From Takakia lepidozioides (Eukaryota; Plantae; Bryophyta): 64,000 bases of DNA. Below the pieces are notes generated by a model. It was not told where the DNA came from, searched no databases, and saw nothing but the letters and a program-made list of their open reading frames with translations. Below are positions 13,001-25,053 of the stretch, piece after piece (position 1 is the first letter of the stretch; every line of letters begins with the position of its first letter). The stretch spans positions 57,784,001-57,848,000 of the forward strand of contig CM060733.1 of NCBI GenBank assembly GCA_030704615.1, written 5' to 3'. The position numbers were made by a program, and so were the translations under genes.

Positions 13001-14706
13001 AGATTTATGTCATTTCTCTCTCTCTCGACTTTTACATGCCTTAATGATCAATAAACTCGTGTAATAGGGAGGGGGTGTGTCTTTTGCAGAGCAGCTGGTG
13101 CAGGAGCAAAAGCAATTTGATGTGGTTATCGCTCTTGAGGTGTGCTTCTTTGTTTCATTCATGGCATCTATTATGAGACGAGCTGTGTCTTAGTACTTTC
13201 TTCCTTTGATTTCCTTTTGTTAAAATCAAATCATCTGGACTTATTAATCCATGAGTAAATGGAGATATACCGGCCTAAAATAGATTGTGCCATAGAGCAC
13301 AAGGAGGCGATGAGGACCAATTTGTGCTCTATATTTCGTACACAGAGATATGACAAAACTCCTGAACAATGAAAGCAATCACTAGCACGACGGGACCTTA
13401 ATCTTTCTTTAAGGTCACGTGGGGAATCCATGCTGGACGCACCAACTGGATCTTTGAATGCTGGTTACCTTTGCCCTCTGGAGCTAGTCACAGGGTTCTA
13501 GGAAATCAAGGTTGGAACTGCCATAGCGCAGTCCAGGACAATCAATCGAGGTGTTTGAAGTGCCAAGATCGACGTCATACACTTTAAGCATTTCAGTTGG
13601 CTACATGTGACCTGCTGCTTGTGATTCAGCTCTTGGTCACACCATTTTGTAAACTGCTATTGCAATTTGCAGGTGATAGAACATGTTGCAGATCCACAGG
13701 AGTTTTGCAAGTCTTTGGCAGCACTAGCAAAGAAGGACAGTGTGGTCCTCATATCCACACTTAATCGGTCGATTGCTGCATTTGGCCTTGCAATTGTTGG
13801 TGCTGAATACATCCTTGGCTGGGTATGTTCTATTTCCCCTTAGCAGCTGGCTGTCTTCAGAGGTGGGAGTGTTTCTATTGACAGGCCTGATTGCTTAGGC
13901 TTCTACTGGAGCAACGGATGCTCAGGAACTGTGTACCTACAAATAGTTATAAATTTACACAAAAGTTGTAAACTGTAATTATGATAGAGCTGCCAATCAT
14001 CTCTTTTGTATATTCGAACTAGGTATTAAATTATTGATTCATACAGTGTCTTAAGTTTGAGTGCTTTTCGAGTAGTATGCCGAATTCCTTTTCCATTGGA
14101 AATGCTGTCACATGAGACGAGGTTCAATAGAATTTGGTGTTTGTTGGCTGTTCCTTTCAGTTACCACGAGGGACTCATGATTGGTCCAAATTTGTAACAC
14201 CAGAAGAGCTCGCCTTGCTAATGGGACATGCCTCTCTCTCGGTAAACTATCTTCTCAGATTTTCTTGGTTATCATTAGTAGCATTACTCCTGCTCATAAA
14301 GCTGAGCTGTTTTAGCACTGGGGATCCCTTGGTAAATCAACGTTGGTGTAGGTTGGGAGGTTACCTCACAGAAGGGGGGTCATTGGGCAATTGGGTACAA
14401 GGATTTTTGGCCTTTCAAGGTCAAAACACCTCTGGGAAGACATTTCCTGTCAGTAGCAATGCAACAGGCACACTAACTTCTCTTACTTTGCTCCTATAGA
14501 TTATGGAATCACCCACAAGTCCAGTGCTTAGAGGCTGTATCCACATTTCATGGAAATCTGGAAAAAATGCTCAGGTTCATATCCCGGGTTTTTTGCAGGT
14601 TGATGAGATGGCAGGCATGGTTTTCAACCCTCTTACTCAGAAATGGTCACTATCGGATGATACTACTGTTAATTACATCGTTTCTGGTACCAAACAAGGT
14701 TCTTAA
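10041..14706 (+). CDS. COQ3: Ubiquinone biosynthesis O-methyltransferase, mitochondrial
   Basis: GT-AG exons 10041-10498, 10977-11066, 11502-11580, 12302-12379, 12697-12745, 13090-13139, 13673-13822, 14161-14241, 14599-14706. Motifs: SSVDSRETAKF..WWD..GPYKPLHTMNPTR, SAM motif I IVDVGCGGG, PLARMG..VTGIDA, FDVVIALEVIEHV, STLNR, AEYILGWLPRGTHDW. Confidence 0.95.
11701..12020 (-). mobile_element. LINE family A 3' fragment in a COQ3 intron
   Basis: Clear similarity to 46726-47060 (GACCCCGCGCCCAGTTTG, CAAGCATCAATC, TCAAAGTTGGT). Confidence 0.8.
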
Positions 14707-14804
14707 GCAGGCTTACGACACCCAAGGAAGTTTAGGTTTGATGTACGTTGTCATATTAGTGGGTGAAATTCTTTTAGTGCTCTCTCTCTCTGCACTTGGG
14801 ACTC

Positions 14805-15259
14805 ATTTGTGGTTCTCCATGACTATAGAATCTTGCAGCCTAATTACCTGTCTGCAGATCTATTTCCCTCTCTTCTGAGACCATTGGGGAGGTTCAGGGT
14901 GGGCTCCCACAGTCGGTGGATAGAGACTGGTAGGCGGGAAAACCTGCAACGTGAGTGCCCCGCTCGTGCTGGGAACAACAGGGAAACCGATAGTGAAGAA
15001 CACTTCTTTCACTGCCCTTTCTACTACAAGATCTGTGGGAGATTGAACTGTCTATTTGGGGATACCCAATCTCTCATGGAGGTCTTCCATTACGAGGATC
15101 AGAAATGCTTGGCAGCTTAACTCTTGGCAATTCCTTGAGCAATAGTTGCTTTTTGGCTGCTTGTGGCCCCTCCCTCTTTCTTGATTCTTTCTTCCTCTTT
15201 GCCCCATAAGCTCTTTGAGCTAACCATGGACGTTATGAAGTACCATTTCATTTCATTTC
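14805..15259 (+). mobile_element. LINE family B 3' fragment just downstream of the COQ3 stop codon
   Basis: Homologous to 39620-40090 (ILQPNYLSA, FRVGSH, EEHFF.CP.YY) and ends GTACCATTTCATTTCATTTC. Confidence 0.85.
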
Positions 15260-15340
15260 TCTCTCATCTTCAAATGTGTAAATGGTAAGAAGGCCTTGCT
15301 AATACAGAGGCCCTATCTGGAACCAACTTGCTCAGAAAAG

Positions 15341-15740
15341 ACAACAGGAAAATCTATTTTCCCTCAGCTTTGATGCCTTGGGCTGTAGCCAATTCCCCAA
15401 CCAGAGTTGTTTCAGCAGCCTAGGAATCATAATGGGAATTGTTATTGGGATGGATTGAGGGAGTTCGTTGCCCCAATCTGCCATTGTGGTTCCTTGTGTG
15501 GACATAAATGAGGAGCACTCTTTGATTGATCCATAGCTATACAACAGTAAAATCTATTTTCCCTCAGCTTTGATGTCTTGGGCTGTAGTGTATTCCCCAA
15601 CCAGAGTTATTTCAGCGGTGTAGGAATCATAATGGGGATTGTTAATGGGATGGGTTGAGGTCAGTTTGTTGCCCTAATCTGTCAGTGTGGTTCCTTGTGT
15701 GGACCTGAATGAGGAACCTCTCTTCAATTGATCTATAGAC
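15341..15740. repeat. Tandem duplication, 200-bp period, 2 copies
   Basis: ACAACAG(G/T)AAAATCTATTTTCCCTCAGCTTTGATG... starts at both 15341 and 15541. Confidence 0.9.
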
Positions 15741-15991
15741 AGTACCAATTATGTCATTGATCCCAACCACAATCAAATTTCACCATTTTCATGATTTAGA
15801 AGCATTGAGTTTATCTTCTGTTCATGTGGTGGTCGCAAAAATTAGGGAGACAAGTCATACCACAAGATGGTGAACTGTCTCAGTAAAGAAAATTTCATCT
15901 AAGCTCATGCAGTATCCCACTTTGGGATCTTTGGGAAGAATGAATCTCGACACCGGCTAAGATCCTCAATCTGTAGGGAGCCAAGAATACT

Positions 15992-16324
15992 TCAAACGTT
16001 GTGGATTGCAGAGTCCGACAAACGTCTTCCTCTTGCGCCATCAAGACGTGCAAAACCATACATGGCCAGTGCTGCGCATCCCACTCCTAATACATCAGCC
16101 ACTCCATCTTTGAACGATGCGCCTGCAGATGGCCACAGCCCTGTAGCATCCCCACCCTCCTTCATTGCCCCTGCCAACAGCCCCACCACACACCCGATTT
16201 GCACGCGCCATCTACGCAGCCTGCTCACCAACCCCGACAACACCGTAGCAACTCCCGTGACGAGAACGCACGCCATAAAATGCTGCAATTTGTCAATTCC
16301 CAGCCATTCATCACCTGCCATCAT
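15992..16324 (-). CDS. Small intronless membrane protein, DUF2279/YfiM-like
   Basis: 110-aa ORF with family-type motifs DEWLGIDKLQHF, KEGGD and SFKDGVADVLG, plus three hydrophobic segments. Confidence 0.75.
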   Translation of the reverse strand: MMAGDEWLGIDKLQHFMACVLVTGVATVLSGLVSRLRRWRVQIGCVVGLLAGAMKEGGDATGLWPSAGASFKDGVADVLGVGCAALAMYGFARLDGARGRRLSDSAIHNV

Positions 16325-16664
16325 GCCTCATCTCTTGGCTTCTTCTTGCAGCCCAGCCATCTCTATAGGTACGTCTCTTCACTCAGCTGTCAGTTTTCAG
16401 CTCTTCACCTCCTCCCTAACTGCTTCTTGGGTTTTCTCGCAGCCCAGCCATCTCTGATCGTCTCTTCACTCAGCTGTCAGTTTTCTTCGAAGAAAGGATG
16501 TCCCTTGGAACTGACACCATGTTCACTTCTCATTCCTCCCACAAGCAGATTGCAGGAGAGCCGCCTCTTCTATTTCTGAAGCCCAATGCGTGGCCTTACA
16601 CACTATGAATATCAACTGCTTTGCCACAGTACACTTAGGAGGAGCCCATCTCTAGAGTATCTTA

Positions 16665-17060
16665 GAGCATCTCCACCGGGGGCTCTAAATGCAACGGCAA
16701 TGGTAAAGGAACCCCAGATGCTTTAAGATGCTCTTTCATGTCCTTGAAAGATTTTCAAAACGTTGGCCAAGGGCCGTTCTACGGTAGGTCCAACCTTTCC
16801 TCTACTGTGCTTTGATGCCACACGTAGGCCAATACGACGCCTCGGCACTACGGTATGTCCCTGGCTCCCTGCCATGTCGGCTCCTCCTGATCGCTGCCCT
16901 GCCTTCTAGCTAGCTCCCTGCCACCTGCAATACACTAATCAGTACAGTGTATGGCGGGACCAGTAGCAATGAATAAAATACAATGATCAGTGTATGGAAA
17001 TCCAGTGGGTCGCCATACACCAATCATTGCAGTGTATGACGACTGGAACATGCCCTATTC
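16665..17060. mobile_element. Possible Harbinger-type element end (single TIR)
   Basis: TTA|GAGCATCTCCA matches a common Tourist/PIF terminus and is followed by ATACAC..GTGTAT repeated motifs. The partner TIR was not found. Confidence 0.4.
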
Positions 17061-17955
17061 CACATGTTGAATAAAACAACAGAAATAAATCATTTCGTTT
17101 AATAAAAATATTATTATTATTATTATTATTATATATGAAAAAATATAATATAAAGACGCCATCTTCTTATGTCTTTTTTTCGCATGAACTATTTTTCATA
17201 CATTTAGAGTAGTATGTACTTGTTAGATTTAGTTTTTATTTTGTGTTTATGTTGGCTTTAAAAATACAAAACCAACTATGATGACTAAAATATATAAAAA
17301 TACAATAGAAAAAACCATAGAAGTATTTTTAAAATTAACGTATGATATTACAATCTTTTCTTTCAAATTTCATGCATACATTTGATTTGGATGAAGTTCA
17401 TACATGTGTAACCTAATCTCCATATGAACTCCTTTGTTGTTTTGTGTTGTTTTGCTTCTCTCTCTTAAGTACTTATCATCTCAATGTTAGTTGTTGTCCT
17501 AATCCCAAAGCTAAAACCCTATTTTTGTTTTGTATGTTCTTTGTCTCTTTGTTGAAAAGGGCGATGTGACCGTATCATGTCGAAATTGTGACCTTACTTT
17601 GCCGGTGAAATAAACATGACTACATTTTCAATTAGTGTTTTTGCCAATATTATGTGATTACATCTTTGAAGTGACATTGTTTTTGCACTTCATTATATAT
17701 TGATGTTCACTATGAAATGAATGACAACTCGCAAGAAATGACCATCTAAATATGATTAAGATTTCGTCTTGCACATTTTTGTTTGTACATCTTCTCTCTC
17801 CTCATTTGGCAACACATACACATATATAGCTCAATAGTTGATCATGTGGGCCATATATTTATAAACATGCGAACCAATATGGATGGAAGATGTATGTATG
17901 GGTCCCTTAAAGTGTCGTATCCAAGCTATATAATCCATATATCTGAAGAGGAGTG

Positions 17956-18266
17956 CAAGTGTAAGTGTCATTGAATATGAAGAGGAACCATACACCTTTA
18001 TGAATATGATCCAAATTATGGAGGCTTGAGACAATATTGATTAACTTATACAACACCCCAAACTACTCTGTATACATTTTTTTTATTATGTGTATGGTGG
18101 GATGTGTAATCAGAACAAGTGTAAGTGTCAACGAATATGAAGCCATACACTTTTATAAATATGATCCAAACTATGGAAGCTTGAGACAATATTGATTAAC
18201 TTATACAATACTTTCAAACTAATTTATATCCATTTTTTCTTATGTGTATGGCAAAATGTGTAATCA
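17956..18266. repeat. Tandem duplication, 160-bp period, 2 copies
   Basis: CAAGTGTAAGTGTCA...GCTTGAGACAATATTGATTAACTTATACAA...ATGTGTAATCA starts at both 17956 and 18116. Confidence 0.88.
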
Positions 18267-20849
18267 TTCGGTAACCATATTATTACACATTTGTAGATAT
18301 ACTTATGTACAACCATATAAAACACAAATATATTGCATTATACATTCAACCAAATCTCCTCATCCATATTGCCGAGGTGGGGTTGGTGACAAAACCTCTC
18401 CAATTGTGTTGTTGTGATCCTAACCTTAACAGAGCTTGGGGGAGAAAAGTTAGGGGAAAGAAAGACTTAGCCCAAGCCTTTGAGAGTGAGTTCACAGCCA
18501 TGAGCCAACTATTGTTGGTATCATTTCCTTGCTATCAAAAGCCTCGCTACTGCATTGCTATTCTGGTACTTCAACATTCTTTGCTAGCCACCCACTTTCC
18601 TTTTACTATTTGCAGCCATCCTGTGTATTGTGAAGTCTGTCCATAGAAACCCTAAAAATCCCTGAAAAATCTTTGCCTCGTACGGAGAGCAAGCTTGACT
18701 GGGTACCCGTTTTCAAAGAATATCGCTTTGTGCATGACTCAACGAGAGTGAGTTGGAACTCGTGTCGACAGCTCGTTGGTATACGCAAGTGAAGTGGAGT
18801 GGTGTGAGGCAAGTTAAGTAGAAACGCGCACTTGTGTAACATTGACACTGTGCGGCAAATGCGAAGGAATCTACTGTACCGCTACGTGGTGTCTACAAGT
18901 TTAGTAGACTCGAGAGAAGGAAAAGAGAACCAGGTTTTTTGCAGCCATCAAATAAAACTTCCCCCTCAGCCTTCTCCCTCTGCCTGATGCTGATTAAGCT
19001 TCACTCGTGGAACATTCGAGGGATTGGGTCTGCTCAAACATCTCCAAAAAAAAGCCAAAATAAAACACTGACAGCTATCCCAGCTATCCCCCTTCCAACT
19101 GCTGTACTCTATTTTGAACTATGGAGAAAACTCACTAAAACAACCAATACTGATTAGATGTTCTATACCACCCAGAATTGCTCTCTTGAAGCTGTTAGCC
19201 AATCAACTGATTGTGCTTGCAATTTTAATAGTTTAGTTGATATGATACTCAGTCAGCTTAAGCCTTACTCACCATGATATTTTCAGGGAGACCCAACTGG
19301 TCACAAAGCTAGGCTGCCTCTCAGACATCTGGGACAAAGCACAAAGAACACGGTGTGAGAGGCTTCAGCTCCTATAACCATCTAGACTCTACCCTACATT
19401 ATAATGGAATTAATGGAGAGAGTATGGACTCTTTCACCTGGGATGACATGTAATCCACCATGGCAAGTATAGCTCAACACAGTCGAGATCAGGCTCAAGT
19501 TTGAAGATGATATGATTTTAGGACAAGCTTGTTGCACCACAATTCATACATACAACTGAATCTTGACTTCATAAAATCAAATACTCAAAATTGATTGAAA
19601 AGCCACAAGGGTTTGAAAGACAGAAAAGAAAGACAGATACGAAAGACAGATTTCTTTGAAACAAATGCATTTAGATTAGAGTGCCTTGCTTGTAATTTAT
19701 ATCCGCGTAGAGAGTTGTAGATATAAATATTGTTTCATGTCCAAAGATTGTCAAAACATTGGCAAAGCCCCAGGGGCGACTGGGGGCAAATGGATATCAA
19801 TGCAATAACGTTCTTGGAGGACTGAACCCAACATCACTTGGTTGTGTTCAGACAAGGCGCGCGTATCTGGGCTAGGTAGCTCCTATACCTAGTCCCCTCC
19901 AAGGAGAAGTAACTGTTATTTCCTCTGGCTTTGGCCGGAGTCTTCTCTCTATCTGATTTTGTGCAACCCAGACAGTACTGTTGTATCCCGGTCATGACTT
20001 ACAATGGCCTTACAATGGCCATGTACATGTGGAGGAGACTTCCAATTTGCATTAAATGGTAACCAATTGATAGACATGTCCATGGTACAAAATGATTCAC
20101 TCCTGAAAGAAGAGGGGGACATCCTTCTGTAACAATGGTAACAAAACTAAAGAAAGCGGAGAACTATTTAGAGTAACTGCAGCCTAGTCTGGAGTCAAAT
20201 ATTAAAGGACAAGAGACGGAAAACAACTTCTTGGATTGCAGCAAGTAAATTCTCCCAGGAATTGTTCCTCAGTTGTTGGGAGGGTTGGGAGGCAACCATC
20301 CTGATTTAGCAGACAACAATACAAAGTATGCATATGTAAAATAACGCGATTTGTCCACTCAAGCCACAGGCAGGAGTCTGTGTGTAGAACGAGATCCGTC
20401 TTTCCACTCTGAGGAAGTGCAGCGCATTACTACATTTGCCAAATGTCAACAAATGAACCTGAAGACAATGGACATTTTCCCATCTTCAAGAGGAATCATT
20501 CTCTTTCATTGTGTCTGCAAAAGAGGGTCAACCCCAAAGCTCCATGCCCTCTCTTGCAGATCCCATAGCTTGCTCCACAAGGAGGAGTAACTTCACCATG
20601 TCAAAGGAGGCCAATTCTGCAAGGATGATGAAGGATTGCCCCTCTGTCTCTCCCATAGGCTAGTAAACATGACCCTTTGGGACAAACCTCCAGATGACTG
20701 GCTGTGTAGAATTTGGGGCAATTAGTGTGTCTGTCAATGAAGTCACGAATTGAAGTTCCGTAGATTGGCATCTGGTTACGATGACCCTTATTCCAGATCA
20801 AGCCTCAACACAAAGATAACCAATGGCCTCATCGAGTGAAATGCTTGCA

Positions 20850-23800
20850 CTATCTCACATCCCCAGAGTCCAATCGCTGCTGCATTTTAAGACCCAATGT
20901 AGGTTGGGCACAGTCAAGAGGAGTTTCCCCTGTAAACCAATGCCAAACAAAATTAGAAGGCTGTTTGTTTCAATGAGATACAAAAACTACAATGGCTTGT
21001 CCTAGAGCATAAGTTAGCTCATATGAAGGTACATCTCTTTCTCACCTTGTGCATTTTTGGCCTGCGAGCTGGCACCAGCATCCATCAGCATGAGTGTTAT
21101 CTCTGTGAAGTTGAACAATGCTGCCTGCAAAAGTTCCAAGAAAGACCTTATCTGAGAACGTTCCCTGGATTATGATTTCCATGTACTACATATAGAAACG
21201 TCCACCTCTCTCACAGATAAAATACAGCCAGTACAATCGCCGGAAAGCCAGTAAGTATTAAATTGTAACACTGCTAATTCCTGGAAGTCACAAAAAATTA
21301 TGCTCGCAGAGTTACAGGGAGAACAGGTAAGGTGGAAGGGCTAACCAAGTGCAGCAATGACATGCCTTGTCGGTCCAAGTAGTTGGCATCCAGTCCCTAA
21401 GACCGCCATAAACAGAAGCTCATCCCACGACTCAAGATGAAGCAAGGCTTAAGGAACACGCGTGAGTTGGTCATATAGACATCACCAGCCAACTAAACTA
21501 CCATCCAGTGATCAGGTCACATGTTTCTGTTCGACCTTGGTCATGCTGCAGATTTACTGTCTCTTAATAAAATGTTACACTGGCTTTGTGGACCACACAT
21601 CATGCTATATTGACATCAATCCTCTATTGCCCTGAAAGTTTGAAAATGGATAAATATGGTAGCCACCACTAGCTGCACAGAGACGGGCCTTAATCCACAC
21701 ACCTTTCTGGTCTTGAATAAACTAAACCCATTTCCCTCTTGTAGAAAGAATGTTCATTGTATAATGCTACATAAAAGCGAACAGTGCGATTACTGTGCGT
21801 AATCCACAGGCTGAGCACAAAAATTAATGGCATAAACAAGCTTGGCGAAGATTGACTACCTGTGAAAGGAGATTTTTAACTGCTGCAACATCACCATTCT
21901 TGACTGCCTCCCTTAGACCCTGCCACATGGAAATCAAACAGACGGGCTTGAAGACGGGACAATTTAAACCAAGTCTGTCTTACTATAGGAACACCACCAG
22001 GTCTGTCAATGGGGATGTATGCATAAAGGTCATTCATTTAGGAGTCAGCACAACTACATGCTGTGGCACAAGGAGGTCGGCCAGAATGCCCAAATCATTG
22101 AGGGATGCAATTCTTGGAAGGCATAGGCAAAGTGAGGAATAAGGTTGACGGGCATCCACATGCCATACCTCAAGTTCAGTGATGTGCTAAAAGCTCCATT
22201 CCACATGAGAGCGAGGAATGGGACAGGTCCAACAACAACCAAAGACAAATCTGGAGCGACAAGAGGCAGCAGGGCCTCAAGTTACTGAGTTACTGTAAAG
22301 GCAAGTCGAACTGAGAAAGTACAGCATGGCATATGCATACAACAAGAGACAAAGTTTAACAAATGTAGGTGTCTTGCAATACCTCTCCAGTTAGTTCATA
22401 CAGATTTGAAAGCGGATGACTGCTTCCGTGTTCAGTTTGCCCGCTGGAAAAGAACAGGCTGAATCACCACATCCACTTCAAAACCAGTGTCATGCATTGC
22501 AAATTAGAATGTAATCATGAGACGTAGTTTGCTGTAGCCTTTTGGCCATAGACCCCGACCCCAGTTTGGGCGGAACGAAAAATTAGACTACATGAGAATG
22601 GAGCTCGATAGAGTCTAAAATAAATAAGTGTTTGGAGTGACGAGACTGAGTTCCCTGAAATATGCCACCCTAGTCATGCAGACAATAATCCTAGAGGATA
22701 GTTTACGCACCAGTGTATACAGCGCAATCCCAATTTTCCATAACAACAAGCAAGATAAACAATGAATCGTGAAAGTAAAGGGAGTGTCAATGTGGGGTCT
22801 ACGTCAGGTTAAAAGTACCGAGAATTCAAGCTTACCTTGGCTTATTGTCTCCAATAGATGATGTCCTTGCAAGTATTGCAGGAGCACTGAGTGACGTGGA
22901 GGTCACTTTTTTGGCCTTTCCGTGTGTGATTGCTGGAGAGGGTGAAATCGGAACTGCCTGGCAACAGCAAGTCAACATATTATTTCATAGATTCAAAAAT
23001 AGTAGAAACTGCGAGGCTATCCTGAAAATGGTATCCAATGCATGAAGTGATGGAAAGTATGGTTGCCTGATTACACTTGAGGTTCCACAGAAAGGACTCA
23101 ATACAACACAAGAAAAACTTATGGGATACCTCAGGGGTGGGGGGTTCGCATATACACAAAGGCATGCCACATGTGCAATCAAAAGCTGGAGTGGGTATTG
23201 GGACAGGCTCCGCTTCCATCTCTTCTACGGTGTGAGAGTCTGAGGCCAACTTCAATTTAGATACGGAGGCTGTCATGCCTTCAAAGGACGTGGGATATTT
23301 CTCTGTGGTCAGTCTTGTTTTGGACCTGGTGAGATAGAAACATTGAATTCAGAAATTAACAATGAATGTCTCATACGGACATGGAGTTATCTATTACACG
23401 CCTGATAACAAGTCTTGCTTCCTTGTTTCGAAAACTTGCCCATTCTTGGAAAGAGAAAACATTCACTCTGGTACAATAGTACACAGAGGCACAAAGCTCA
23501 AATTTAACCAACCACTACAGCAAAGAGAATGAACAGGGACAATAACAGAACCCCACTGCCCAGCACCCCAGGGAGAAGGGGAAAGGGGGGTTGTAGTTCC
23601 GGGTGACGTGAAAAGAGCAGTGACATACTGGGGAGGGTCATAGCAGTCATTGCAGACTCGAACAGCAGAGTAAATCCCAAATTGTGGAAGTGCCTGTAAC
23701 ACCCCAGACAAATGTCCATATGCTCCACTATCAAAACAGTTGCACTCTTCATTCATACACATTTCGTCCATCAACGTGCTTCACTAAATCCACAATCAAT

Positions 23801-25053
23801 TAAGAGCCCTGTCCCCTGCCCTCGAAGCTTTCATACTTTTACCAGAAAACTCTCCTTCAATTTGCAAGCCCTGAGAAAACTTTCCATGCCTTCCTGACTG
23901 TGCTTCTGGGAATCTTATCATTGCACCTTTCATTTGCAGCAGAAAATGCTAACCTTTTGATTGGAGGAATGCTCCTTGCAAAGACTTCTACCGCAGCAGC
24001 GACAGTGATGCTGCAGCCACAAGTAACCTAACGCCATCAATGCCTTCCCCGCTATCTCTGAGAAGATTCTCTATCTCTGTCTAACTGTATTTGACAATTT
24101 TTCACACTCCCTAAAGCTGGCCAACTATTTCTCTTGCTCAAACACTTGGCCCTCCCACATCAGGATGTCCACTCAAGCATTGCAACAAACTGAAGACTAC
24201 AACTGGATTATTTCAGTCCTCAAATTCATGTGTTCCATGACCGAAAGACTGCCCCTAATTGAAAAGCTAAGTAAAAAAAGTTATTCGTCATTGATGAACT
24301 CTATCTTCTCTCTCCTTATCCCTTGTCTAACTTCATCATCCCTAACCCTAGCAAACCTTGTACTCGTAGAGAAAATATGATCTTGCAGGGCCAAGACAGA
24401 AGAGGAAACCCCTAAGGGAGGATGCCTACAGCCTTTTTGTAATTGCAAACTTCTCTCTAGCTTGACATCAAATATAAATAGTCCCTACATTTAAGGTTAA
24501 GCCAAGCGCCGTCCGTCTTCAATCGTCTAGACCTGTTGCAGACATAAAGTAACCACCAACAACATGTTCCTTCGACAAGTGGAGGGATTTACTGTGGAAT
24601 GGCCAAGTAATTCTAGTATGCGTGTTCCCGGTGGTACAGACTAATTCAACCGCCATATTTGCCTCCTTAAACAAGGCCAGAGAGAAACTTCCTGCTGGAC
24701 AAGTAACTCGAGTATAAGCTATCGGATAAGATTGGAAAAGAGTGAGCCTACTACATTCTGGATCTATCTATACCACTTAGAACTTGAATGAAAAAAAAGT
24801 TTTCAGCGGTTCAGTACAGTAAATTCAATGCTCCAACAATTGGAGACACACTCCTGAATGCAGATCACATCGGAACAGCAACCAATCGAAGCTATGCACT
24901 TTCAATGAAACAATCAAAACAAATCAAAGTTTCTCAGTGAAAGACAAGTGCAACCAGAGACGGACGAAGACATACCCGGCGCTTGAAAGTGGTGAAGGTA
25001 GCTTGACACACCATGCAAAAGGCTGCCTCCTGGTAAGGAGGAGGTTCTGCCAT
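20850..25053 (-). CDS. FYVE zinc finger + C-terminal ankyrin-repeat protein (plant 'VPS27-like')
   Basis: GT-AG exons 25053-24976, 24010-23954, 23693-23629, 23325-23130, 22957-22836, 22458-22383, 21919-21860, 21396-21346, 21124-21046, 20929-20850. It has the FYVE signature RRHHCRCCG...VRVCNDCY, a CTCGMPLCIC motif, and ankyrin repeats (GMSLLHLAA, GETPLDCA). Confidence 0.92.
22505..22585 (-). mobile_element. LINE family A extreme 3' end in a FYVE-gene intron
   Basis: TTTGCTGTAGCCTTTTGGCCATAGACCCCG..CCCAGTTTGGGCGGAAC matches the family terminus. Confidence 0.75.

Noticed and set aside
14315-14527. Tourist-like MITE (GCACTGG ends, TTA flanks) in a COQ3 intron
   Set aside because: The TIR is only 7 bp and there is no second copy in the window, so it may be chance.
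15999-16457. 152-aa plus-strand ORF
   Set aside because: Antisense shadow of the DUF2279-like gene.
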